Assembly: GCA_964551735.1 (NCBI GenBank)
Contig: CAZKEF010000017.1
Coordinates: 31,007 to 95,006 of the forward strand
DNA length: 64,000 nucleotides
From: an uncultured Anaerolineales bacterium
GTDB lineage: Bacteria > Chloroflexota > Anaerolineae > CG2-30-64-16
Reading direction: 5' to 3'
Shown: positions 46,423 through 57,253 of the stretch, piece after piece
Layout: each line of letters starts with the position of its first letter
Numbering within the stretch: the first letter of the stretch is position 1
Translations under genes and position numbers: made by a program
Notes under the pieces: model-generated
What the model was told of the DNA's origin: nothing
What the model saw: only the letters and a program-made list of their open reading frames with translations
The model's database searches: none

Positions 46423-46459
46423 GCAGCCCTAGCGCCACAGCCCAGAGAAAACCCTGGTT

Positions 46460-47056
46460 ATGCTCTGCGCCATGCCAACTTCGTTCTCCGGCCAACGGCT
46501 GCCGGCTGAATTCTACGCACGCGACACCATAGCGGTGGCGCGCGATCTGCTGGGCCAGCGGCTGGTGCGCGTACTGGGCGGCGTGCGCCTGAGCGGGTTG
46601 ATTTGCGAGACGGAAGCCTACGGCGGGCCGGACGATATGGCCTCCCACGCGTACCGGCGTACGCCGCGCAGCGCGATCATGTATGGTCCGCCCGGCCACG
46701 CTTACATCTACTTCATTTACGGGATGCACTACTGCCTGAACGCCGTGACCGCGGCCGACGGCTGCCCCGGCGCGGCCCTGATCCGCGCCATTGCGCCGGA
46801 TGAAGGGGTAGACGTGCTCCGCCAACGCCGGGCCGGCGTGGCCGAGCGCGGCCTGACCGACGGGCCAGGCAAGCTGTGCGCCGCGCTGGCGATCACGACC
46901 GCGCTCAACGGCCGCTATCTGCCGACCGATGCCGAATTGTTCATCGAGGCCGGCATCACCGTGCCCGACGCCGAGATCATCGCCACGCCCCGCTGCGGGG
47001 TGCGCGGGGATGAAACCGCGCTCACGCGGCCCTGGCGCTTGGTGTGGCAAAAGTAA
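46460..47056 (+). CDS. mpg: DNA-3-methyladenine glycosylase (Mpg/AAG family)
   Basis: ARDLLG..L......G.I.ETEAY.G..D.ASH...R.T.R...M.GPPGH.Y.Y..YGMH.C.N matches AAG fold family. Confidence 0.75.
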   Translation: MLCAMPTSFSGQRLPAEFYARDTIAVARDLLGQRLVRVLGGVRLSGLICETEAYGGPDDMASHAYRRTPRSAIMYGPPGHAYIYFIYGMHYCLNAVTAADGCPGAALIRAIAPDEGVDVLRQRRAGVAERGLTDGPGKLCAALAITTALNGRYLPTDAELFIEAGITVPDAEIIATPRCGVRGDETALTRPWRLVWQK

Positions 47057-47118
47057 CGCAATCCGCTGGATTGCGGCTTCGTATGACGAAAAGAACGCAA
47101 TCCGCCGGATTCCGTTAC
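47057..47118. terminator. pair of related hairpins (CGCAATCCG-N-CGGATTGCG) between convergent mpg and murJ; probable bidirectional terminators
   Basis: cgcaatccgctggattgcg and aacgcaatccgccggattccgtt; second followed on minus strand by CTTTTCG. Confidence 0.4.
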
Positions 47119-47119
47119 A

Positions 47120-48772
47120 TCAGCGCCGCGGCGCCAACCGGCGCAAGATCGCCAGCTCCGGCATGCGCAGGAGGACGGCTACGGCCAGAAAGATGAGCAC
47201 ACCGGCAGCCAGGCCGGCCGGGGCAACGAGCAAGACAGGCACCCCGGCCCAGCGGCCGGCCGCCCAGGCCAGCACCACGGCCATCGCTGCCGCGGCCGCG
47301 CCGGCCTTGAGGATCGTGCCCCACAGTTGTGGCCATTCCAGCCCGCCCAGCCGGCGCGAAAGCAGCCACAGCAGCAGGATCATTTCCGCGGTGGTCGCCA
47401 ACGTGTTGGCCAGCGCCAGCCCTGCATGGGCCAACGGACCTCGCAACAGCAGGCTGAGGACCACGTTGGCTGCCATTGCGCCCACGCCGACCGCCACGGG
47501 GGTGCGCGTGTCGTGCAGCGCATAGAACGCGCGGGCCAGGATCTCCACCGCGGAGTGGCCGATCAGCCCGAAGGCGTAGAACGCCAGCGCCGCGGCGGTC
47601 AGCTCGGTGGAGCGGGCCGTGAACTCCCCCCGCTCCAGCAGCAGCCGGATCAACGGCACGCGCCAGGCGAAGAGCCCTGCGGCCGCGGGGATCGCCAGGA
47701 ACAACACCCCGCGCAACGCACCGCTGAGCGCGCGGCGCAGCTCGGCCCGTCGGCCCTGGGCCTCCAGCGCGGCGAAGGTGGGGAAAGCTGCGGTGGCCAC
47801 CCCCTGGGCGACGATGCCCTGGGGCAGCAACATCAGCAGCCAGGCGTAATTCAGCGCCGACAGGCTGCCGGCCGGCAGGGCTGACGCCAACAGGGTGTTC
47901 ACCCAAAAGTTGATCTGCACGACCGCCAGGCCGAGCACGCGCGGGGCCATCAGCCGGCCGACCTCCCGCACGTGCGGGTCACGCAAGCCCAGGGCCGGCA
48001 CGTAGCCGGCACGGTAGCGCCATAAACCGAAGACCTGCGTTTCCAGGTGCAGCCCGGCGCCGACCACGACGCCGATGACCAGCCCGTAGACGCCCAGGGT
48101 TGGGGCCAGGAACCAGGCGCCGGCGATGATGCTCAGGTTATAGAGCACGGGCGCCAGCGCGGGGAGCAGGAAGTGCTGGAAGCTGTTCAGCACGCCCATC
48201 GCGATGCCGCTGACCCCGAACAGGACGGTGCTGACCAGCATCCACCGCATCAGCTCGGCGGTGAGGGCCTGCTGATCCGGGGTGAAGCCGGGCGCCAGCA
48301 CGGTGCGCACCAGCCAGGGCGCGGCCAGCGCGGCCAGGCCCGCCAGGATGGTCATGACGATCACGACCAGGTTGGCGACCGCGCTGAACAGCCGCCAGGC
48401 GCCGGTCAGGTCACGCCGGGCCAGGCAGCCGGTGAACACGGGGATGAACGCGGAACCCAACGCGCCACCCGCCACAAGCTGGAACAGCAGGTCGGGCACG
48501 CGGAACGCGGCCAGGTAGGCGTCCAGCTCGGCGCCGGTGCCGAACCGCGCGCCGATGATCATCTCGCGCGCCAGGCCGGCCACGCGGCTGAGCAGGAACA
48601 GGGCCATCACCAGCGCCGCTGCGCGCGCGATCTGGCGGGTGGAGGAGGCAGGGGTAGTCGTCATGGGGGCGATTATAGCACCGGGGATGGACGGAGGCGC
48701 AATTGAAAGAAAGGCCGCATCCCCTTCGGCTCCGCTCAGGATGCTCGCGCTTTTCAGATCAGGAGGATTCAT
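47120..48772 (-). CDS. murJ: lipid II flippase MurJ/MviN
   Basis: About 14 TM helices, conserved Arg-rich N-terminal helices typical of MurJ. Confidence 0.7.
   Translation of the reverse strand: MNPPDLKSASILSGAEGDAAFLSIAPPSIPGAIIAPMTTTPASSTRQIARAAALVMALFLLSRVAGLAREMIIGARFGTGAELDAYLAAFRVPDLLFQLVAGGALGSAFIPVFTGCLARRDLTGAWRLFSAVANLVVIVMTILAGLAALAAPWLVRTVLAPGFTPDQQALTAELMRWMLVSTVLFGVSGIAMGVLNSFQHFLLPALAPVLYNLSIIAGAWFLAPTLGVYGLVIGVVVGAGLHLETQVFGLWRYRAGYVPALGLRDPHVREVGRLMAPRVLGLAVVQINFWVNTLLASALPAGSLSALNYAWLLMLLPQGIVAQGVATAAFPTFAALEAQGRRAELRRALSGALRGVLFLAIPAAAGLFAWRVPLIRLLLERGEFTARSTELTAAALAFYAFGLIGHSAVEILARAFYALHDTRTPVAVGVGAMAANVVLSLLLRGPLAHAGLALANTLATTAEMILLLWLLSRRLGGLEWPQLWGTILKAGAAAAAMAVVLAWAAGRWAGVPVLLVAPAGLAAGVLIFLAVAVLLRMPELAILRRLAPRR
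48721..48750. repeat. solo copy of CCCTTCG...CCGCTCAGGATGCT core (same core as E1/E2 ends) 20 nt upstream of NUDIX start
   Basis: ccccttcggctccgctcaggatgctcgcgc. Confidence 0.4.
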
Positions 48773-49283
48773 GGGTCGAGAAGATCAAGGTGTGGCAGTG
48801 AGCCGCCAACGCTACCAGGTGATCCCGCGCACGCTGTGCTTCGTGAGGCACGGCAACGACGTCTTGCTGCTGCTGGGCGGGCCGCACAAGCGGATCTGGG
48901 CGGGCCGCTACAACGGCGTGGGCGGCCACATCGAACCGGGGGAGGACGTCTACGCGGCGACGCTGCGCGAAGTCGCGGAGGAGACCGGGCTGGCGGTGCG
49001 CGAGGTGCGGCTGCGCGGGGTGGTGCACGCGGACGCAGGCGATCCGGCGGTCGGGATCCTCTTCTTCGTCTTCACCGCAGCGGCCGATAGCGGGGAAACA
49101 GCCCCCTGTCCCGATGGCACACTGGAGTGGTGGCCGGTTGACCAGTTGCCCATCGAGAGACTGGTCGAGGATCTGCCGGCCCTGCTGCCCAGGGTGCTGG
49201 CCATGGGGCCGGCCGCCCCGCCCTTTTTCGCCGCGTACAGCTATGACCAGGACGACCGGCTGGTTATCCGGTTCGCGGGATGA
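48771..49283 (+). CDS. NUDIX hydrolase
   Basis: ATG 48771 after AGGAGG; Nudix box GGHIEPGEDVYAATLREVAEETGL. Confidence 0.65.
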   Translation: MGREDQGVAVSRQRYQVIPRTLCFVRHGNDVLLLLGGPHKRIWAGRYNGVGGHIEPGEDVYAATLREVAEETGLAVREVRLRGVVHADAGDPAVGILFFVFTAAADSGETAPCPDGTLEWWPVDQLPIERLVEDLPALLPRVLAMGPAAPPFFAAYSYDQDDRLVIRFAG

Positions 49284-49424
49284 TCGCCTATACGAACCCG
49301 CGCCTTCATAAGAGAGCAAAGCTGTCCGTCCGGAATCGAGGCTTCAGCCGGTTTGATGCTCAATGCAAGAGACCGGCTAAAGTTTCGACTCCAGAATGGG
49401 GCGATGAGTGGCGCCGAGCGAAAG

Positions 49425-50219
49425 TCACCTCGCAAACCGGATTAAGCCTCGCAAGGCCGCGTTCACCGCGCGCGGGTTTTCCATGGGACTGAGATGCCCC
49501 GCCCCAGGGATCGTCACCAGCCGCGCGCCGGGGATGCCGGCTGCCATCGCCGCGGCATCGGCCGGGGGTGTGATCGCGTCGTGCTCACCGACCACGACCA
49601 ACGCCGGCACGGTGATGGTGGGCAAGGTGGGTCGGCTGTCCTCCCGGTCGCGCAGGCCGGCCAGTGCGCCGACGATGCCTTCAACAGGCTGCTCGACCAG
49701 CATGCGCCGCGCAGCGCCCGCGAGTTTAGGGGCCGCCAGGTTAGCAGGGGCCAGCAGCCGGGGCAACATCTCATCGGCGATGGCGGCGGCGCCGGCCTGC
49801 CACACCCGGACCGCGGCCGCGTCCCGGTTGGCGCGCGCGATGACACTGTCCGCCTCGGCCCGGGTGTCCAGCAGCGCCAGCGCCTGCACCCGGTCACGAT
49901 GCCGCCGCCAGAACGCGAACGCCACGTAGCCGCCCATGCTCAGGCCGGCAACGATCGCCTGCCGGATGCCCAGGTGATCCAGCAGCGCGGCCAAGTCGTC
50001 GGCGTGCCCCGCCATGGTGAGCGGCCCCGGCGTCAACTCGGACTGGCCGAAGCCGCGCAGATCGGGCGCCAGCACGCGCACCTCGGTTGACAGCCCTCGC
50101 AACTGCGCCTCCCACAGCCGGTGGTCCAGCGGGAAGCCGTGGATCAGCAGCAGGGTCGTGCCGTGCGCTTTGCCTCGCTCGAAATATGCCATGTGAATGT
50201 TGTTGATATGGGCGTACAT
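49425..50219 (-). CDS. alpha/beta-fold hydrolase
   Basis: HGFPLD, nucleophile elbow GLSMGG, C-terminal His. Confidence 0.6.
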   Translation of the reverse strand: MYAHINNIHMAYFERGKAHGTTLLLIHGFPLDHRLWEAQLRGLSTEVRVLAPDLRGFGQSELTPGPLTMAGHADDLAALLDHLGIRQAIVAGLSMGGYVAFAFWRRHRDRVQALALLDTRAEADSVIARANRDAAAVRVWQAGAAAIADEMLPRLLAPANLAAPKLAGAARRMLVEQPVEGIVGALAGLRDREDSRPTLPTITVPALVVVGEHDAITPPADAAAMAAGIPGARLVTIPGAGHLSPMENPRAVNAALRGLIRFAR

Positions 50220-50239
50220 TGTTCCTCCCGATTTGAGTT

Positions 50240-50274
50240 GCGGACGCGGACGAGCGCGGATAAACGCGGATAGG
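50240..50274. repeat. truncated copy (left arm only) of the palindromic MITE/RPE-like element, intergenic
   Basis: gcggacgcggacgagcgcggataaacgcggatagg matches left arm of copies at 4885, 5501, 62214. Confidence 0.5.
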
Positions 50275-50278
50275 TGCT

Positions 50279-51220
50279 TCAGCCGAGAATAACCGGCTGC
50301 CGCCTGGACGCCACTCGGGTTGTTAGCCCTTCGGCCAGCGCATCCAGCGCCGCGGCGGTGAGGAAGCCTGCGGACGCGGATGCCTCGCCGATCTTGTACG
50401 AGGCAAAGACGATGGCCTTGCGCAGCGCGGCGTAAGGGTCGCCGGTGGCGGCATAACCGTGCGCGAAGGCCGAGAACAGGGCATCGCCCGCGCCGATGGT
50501 GCTCACCACCGGCCGCGTGCGCACGGCCGGCAGCCGCTCCATGAAGTTATCGCGGCGCACCGCCAGCAGCGCGCCCGCCGCGCCCAGGCCGACGACCACC
50601 ACTGCCGCGCCGTAGCGGTTCATCAAGCGCCGGGTCCATGCCTCCGGGGGTTCCGGCAGGCGCTCATGGCTCAAAAAGAGCACGTCGGCCGCATCCATGA
50701 AGTCGCGGTTGTAGTCGTCCTCCAGGTCGGCGATGGCGTGGACGTCGGTGGCGACCGGCACGCCCAGGCTGCGCGCCTGCGCCAGGAACGGCCGCGAGAA
50801 GTTGATGTTGCAAAGCACAGCCAGCGCACAGCCGGCAATGGCTTCCTCGAATTGCTCCGCCGGATAACCACGATCCTGGACATCCTTCAGATCAACGTGG
50901 ATCTGCCGCCGGCCTGTGCCATCATATAGGATGACCGATTGGGCTGTTTGTGCCAGGAGGGGGAGGACAAAACGGTCCGAGATGCCGTCTCGCGCCAACG
51001 CCTGGGCCGCCAATATCCCGGCTGCGTCCTGGCCGATCAGCGACAGGAACCGGACATCGTCGTCCAGGGCCGTCAACGCCGCAGTGATGTTGTAGCCCAC
51101 GCCCGATACGCTGCTGCCGATGCCGAAAAACGGGTAGCGGACAGGGAAATGGGGAATGGGGAAATCGTCGACGCGCAGTGTTGTCTCGATGTTAATCAGC
51201 CCCGAAACCAGAATTCGCAT
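50279..51220 (-). CDS. PfkB-family carbohydrate/nucleoside kinase
   Basis: Ribokinase-like fold; C-terminal TIGAGDALFSAF anion-hole motif. Confidence 0.6.
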   Translation of the reverse strand: MRILVSGLINIETTLRVDDFPIPHFPVRYPFFGIGSSVSGVGYNITAALTALDDDVRFLSLIGQDAAGILAAQALARDGISDRFVLPLLAQTAQSVILYDGTGRRQIHVDLKDVQDRGYPAEQFEEAIAGCALAVLCNINFSRPFLAQARSLGVPVATDVHAIADLEDDYNRDFMDAADVLFLSHERLPEPPEAWTRRLMNRYGAAVVVVGLGAAGALLAVRRDNFMERLPAVRTRPVVSTIGAGDALFSAFAHGYAATGDPYAALRKAIVFASYKIGEASASAGFLTAAALDALAEGLTTRVASRRQPVILG

Positions 51221-51315
51221 CAAAATGCCCTCCGAGAACACTTCAAGCCTGGAACCATTTGCCCGCGGCCGGCGTCCGGTTAGCGTACTGATTCTCACGC
51301 TGAAAGGATTATGCT

Positions 51316-51459
51316 ATGGACATCCCATTGCTGATCGCATTGATGGCCCTGCTGGCCTGGACACTGCTGCCGCAATTGGACCGCTACGTTGAGACCGAGC
51401 TGCCGGTAGAGACCAAACCTTCGCCCCTGCAACGCCTGGCACGCTGGATCAATGAGTGA
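51316..51459 (+). CDS. possible small membrane peptide (47 aa)
   Basis: AAAGGA RBS-like; hydrophobic N-terminus MDIPLLIALMALLAWTLL; below ORF-track threshold; weak. Confidence 0.2.
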   Translation: MDIPLLIALMALLAWTLLPQLDRYVETELPVETKPSPLQRLARWINE

Positions 51460-51709
51460 TCGCTGAAACAACAAGTATCCAGTTGCGCCGCAACGGATGA
51501 ACCAAGTTTATCACGTTGCGGCGCACGCGCAAACGCCCAGACAAATCTGCAGCATCCCAAAACCCCGCCCCTTTACCCTCATGCTGAACACAAACACCAC
51601 TCAAACAAAGATTGGACAAAGCCTTACAGAAGAAAAGCGCCCCTGCCCCAAATAATGTAACCGTCCGCCAAAGTACAACGAAGTCACGGTTGAAAGCGAG
51701 GATGTGAAG

Positions 51710-52414
51710 ATGTTTGGGTTTGAAAGTTGGGGACTCTATTTGTTGTTCAGCCTGCCGGCCCTGGCTTTGGGGCTGTGGGCGCAGTGGAAGACACAATCGG
51801 CGTTTCGGAAGAACGCGCAAATCCGCACCGCGCGCGGATTGACCGGCGCGCAGGTGGCGCGCACGGTGTTGGATGGCAACGGCCTATACGACGTGCAGGT
51901 GGAACGCGTCGGGGGTTTTCTCAGCGATCACTATGACCCCAGCAAGCGGGTGCTGCGGCTGAGCCCGGATGTGTACGACGGCCAGAGCCTCTCGGCGGCC
52001 GGTGTGGCGGCGCACGAGGCTGGCCACGCGATCCAGCACAAGCTGGCTTACGCGCCGCTGCAACTGCGCAGCATGATGGTGCCGACGGTGCAGGTCGGTA
52101 GCTGGATCGGGCCGATCATCTTTATCGTCGGGTTCCTGATGGCCGGTGCACTGGGCACGACGCTGGCCTGGGTGGGCGTGGGCCTGTTCGCTGCCATCGC
52201 GTTGTTCGCGCTGGTCACGCTGCCGGTGGAGTTCGACGCCAGCCGTCGGGCTAAGCAGCAGCTTGTCGCCAGCGGTGTGGTGATCGGCAACGAGATGCGG
52301 GGGGTCAACGCGGTGCTGGACGCGGCCGCCATGACCTATGTGGCCGGCGCGGTGCAGGCGATCTCCACGCTGTTCTACTATGTGTTCCTGTTGATGGGCC
52401 GGGGGGACGAGTAG
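51710..52414 (+). CDS. YugP-like putative zinc metallopeptidase (membrane-anchored)
   Basis: ATG 51710 with GAGGA RBS; HEAGHAIQH zinc motif; N- and C-terminal TM segments. Confidence 0.6.
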   Translation: MFGFESWGLYLLFSLPALALGLWAQWKTQSAFRKNAQIRTARGLTGAQVARTVLDGNGLYDVQVERVGGFLSDHYDPSKRVLRLSPDVYDGQSLSAAGVAAHEAGHAIQHKLAYAPLQLRSMMVPTVQVGSWIGPIIFIVGFLMAGALGTTLAWVGVGLFAAIALFALVTLPVEFDASRRAKQQLVASGVVIGNEMRGVNAVLDAAAMTYVAGAVQAISTLFYYVFLLMGRGDE

Positions 52415-52537
52415 GGGTGAGCCTTGCGGCTGCCAGATGTAGGCAGGCGCAAGGCCATGCCCCTGCGGCATGAGAAATGAGGGGCAGTTCAGCGCAAGCA
52501 CTGGCTGCCCCCTTTTGTTGGCAAAGGGGGAAACTTC

Positions 52538-55252
<2,715 letters not shown>

Positions 55253-55296
55253 GGCCACGGCAGCCTGGACGCCCATTGGGATGATAGGAGCAGCGT

Positions 55297-55644
55297 ATGG
55301 ATCCGAAAGTGACCGTTGGCATGCGCCGGCCGGCCGCGAACGTAGCGACGCTGGCGATCCACGGTGAGCTGACCCGCCTGGCTGAGAGGCCGTTGGACGC
55401 GGCTGTAGCGGAGGCGGTTGCCGGGGGCGCGCAGGGGATCCTCCTCGATTTCGGCGGCCTGACCTACATGAACAACAAGGGGATCGGCCTCCTGGTGCGG
55501 CTGGAGGCCAGCCTGCGCGGCCAGGGACGGCGGCTGGCCGTCATCGGCCTGAACGATCACTACCGCCGCGTCTTCCGCACGACCGGTCTGGATGAGGGCA
55601 TCCGGGTCTACGGGACCGAGGTAGAGGCAGTCGAGGCCCTGTAG
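55297..55644 (+). CDS. STAS-domain anti-sigma-factor antagonist-like protein
   Basis: SpoIIAA-like profile (...ILLDFGGLTYMNNKGIGLLV...). Confidence 0.6.
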   Translation: MDPKVTVGMRRPAANVATLAIHGELTRLAERPLDAAVAEAVAGGAQGILLDFGGLTYMNNKGIGLLVRLEASLRGQGRRLAVIGLNDHYRRVFRTTGLDEGIRVYGTEVEAVEAL

Positions 55645-55671
55645 GGCAAGATAGCATCTTGCCCTACAGGG
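55637..55671. repeat. 35-nt perfect palindrome CCCTGTAGGGCAAGAT-AGC-ATCTTGCCCTACAGGG overlapping STAS stop codon
   Basis: Read directly; second partial copy TGTAGGGCAAGATAGAATCTTGCCC at 58405-58429 inside a CDS. Confidence 0.55.
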
Positions 55672-55692
55672 TTGAATAAACAAGGAGATGCT

Positions 55693-56466
55693 ATGCCTGA
55701 CGCCAACCGGGAGTCCTCCCAGTCCAAATCCTCCCACCCCTACTGGGCGCAGCGTGTGGACGAGCTCAAAGCGCCCGACGCGCCGCCTGAGGCGCTTAAC
55801 CTGAACGTGGCGGGCCGCCGCGCGGTGGGGCCGCTCCAGGGCTTCGGCCAGCTCTGGCAAAAGACCTTTCGCATCCGGCTCGAGGGCGCGTCCGTGACCC
55901 CGGCCGAGGTGATCGCCGAGTGGAAGGATGAGCTGCCCCGCTTCAAGCCGGCTGAGAATCGCTTCTACCCCTCGAAGGGTGGCATCGCGCCGGGCGAGGT
56001 GGTGCTGATCAACGCGTGGACGCCGGGCGGGCCCCTCGCCACCGGCGTCGTGGTGCTCTACGCCGACGACGAGTCGTTTACCCTGATGACGCCGGAAGGC
56101 CACCCGGAGGCGGGTTGGGTGACCATGAGCGCGTACACCGAGGACGGCGTCACCGTGGCGCAGGTGCAAGGCCTGGCGCGCGCCAGCGACCCGATCTACG
56201 AGCTGGCGTTCCGGGTCATGGGTTCGCGGCTGCAGGACTACATCTGGGAGCACGTGTTGACCGAGCTGGCCGCGCATTTCGGGGTCAGGGGGCAGGCGGT
56301 GGAGGTGGATCGCTGGCTGCTGGACCCGAAGGTGCAATGGCGCCGCGCGGGCAACGTCTGGCACAACGCGCAAATCCGGACGATCCTGTATCAGCTCGCG
56401 GCACCGGCGCGGTGGGTGGGACGGGTATTGACCCGTAGGAAGCCGGCCGGCGCATCACGCGGTTAG
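55693..56466 (+). CDS. conserved hypothetical protein (possibly DUF1990-like)
   Basis: ATG 55693 after AAGGAG; no catalytic motif recognised; family assignment tentative. Confidence 0.4.
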   Translation: MPDANRESSQSKSSHPYWAQRVDELKAPDAPPEALNLNVAGRRAVGPLQGFGQLWQKTFRIRLEGASVTPAEVIAEWKDELPRFKPAENRFYPSKGGIAPGEVVLINAWTPGGPLATGVVVLYADDESFTLMTPEGHPEAGWVTMSAYTEDGVTVAQVQGLARASDPIYELAFRVMGSRLQDYIWEHVLTELAAHFGVRGQAVEVDRWLLDPKVQWRRAGNVWHNAQIRTILYQLAAPARWVGRVLTRRKPAGASRG

Positions 56467-56617
56467 CAGATTACCGACACAACTCTCGCCTTGTTGCATC
56501 ATCTTGCCGGCGTTATAATAAAAGACAGACAGGCCCTGAGCGCATAAGCTTTTCTCCTTCAGCAAGTTGCATATCAAAGATGTGAAGCGCCAGGCCCCAC
56601 ACCCAGGGAGACCTATC

Positions 56618-56851
56618 ATGAGTACAATAGAGATGCTTGAGTCGGTGCAGTTTGTTGTAACCCCTGATGGCCGGCCAGCGGCGGTACAGATGAGCATGGG
56701 GGCGTGGAGAGACTTGCTAGATTGGCTCGAAGATGTCGAGGATCGAGCAACGGTGAAGGCCCTTCTTCCCAAGCTGCGCGAGGGGCCCCACAGCAGCGGG
56801 GCATTGCGTTGGGACGACATTGAGAGCGAGTGGGATGTCTCGGCCAAGTAA
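56618..56851 (+). CDS. type II antitoxin (Phd/YefM-like or related)
   Basis: ATG 56618 after AGGGAG; small acidic protein; overlaps downstream RelE/ParE-like gene. Confidence 0.45.
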   Translation: MSTIEMLESVQFVVTPDGRPAAVQMSMGAWRDLLDWLEDVEDRATVKALLPKLREGPHSSGALRWDDIESEWDVSAK

Positions 56852-57170
56852 ACCGCGATCGCGTTATGAGCTACTTATCGAGCCGGAAGCACACGAGGCC
56901 CGCGCCCACTTACCAGGACACATCCGGCAACGGATAAGACGAGCGATTGCCGATCTGGCCATCACCCCGCGACCCTCGGATAGTCGCGATCTGGATGTTT
57001 CAGGGGTGGACATCCCACCTGGCATCGAGTTGCGCCGGCTGCGCATGGATCCCTGGCGCGTCGTCTATGCTGTAAACGATGAAGATGGCTGGGTTTGGGT
57101 GTTGGCGATCCATCGTCGGCCGCCGTATGATTACGAGGATCTGGCAGAGTTGACTGGCAGATTCCGGTAA
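56835..57170 (+). CDS. type II toxin, RelE/ParE superfamily
   Basis: C-terminal LRRLRMDPWRVVYAVNDEDGWVWVLAIHRRP resembles RelE/ParE core (R.RvG.yRviY.i.d....v.vl.v.hR). Confidence 0.55.
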   Translation: MSRPSKPRSRYELLIEPEAHEARAHLPGHIRQRIRRAIADLAITPRPSDSRDLDVSGVDIPPGIELRRLRMDPWRVVYAVNDEDGWVWVLAIHRRPPYDYEDLAELTGRFR

Positions 57171-57197
57171 TCTCAGTAGATCACAGATTCAAGCTCG

Positions 57198-57245
57198 CAG
57201 GGGGTCTGTGACCCCCGACAGCCGGTCACAGACCGGCTTGGAGCA
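57198..57245 (+). promoter_or_regulatory. hairpin-containing repeat (GGTCTGTGACC...GGTCACAGACCGGCTTGGAGC) immediately upstream of oxidoreductase gene
   Basis: gcagggggtctgtgacccccgacagccggtcacagaccggcttggagc; second copy at 58763-58810 upstream of next gene. Confidence 0.45.
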
Positions 57246-57253
57246 TCAAATTT

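Noticed and set aside
50340-50360. Short match (gcggacgcggatgcc) to the palindromic element arm inside the PfkB gene.
   Set aside because: Only about 15 nt with no partner arm. This is compatible with chance in GC-rich DNA.
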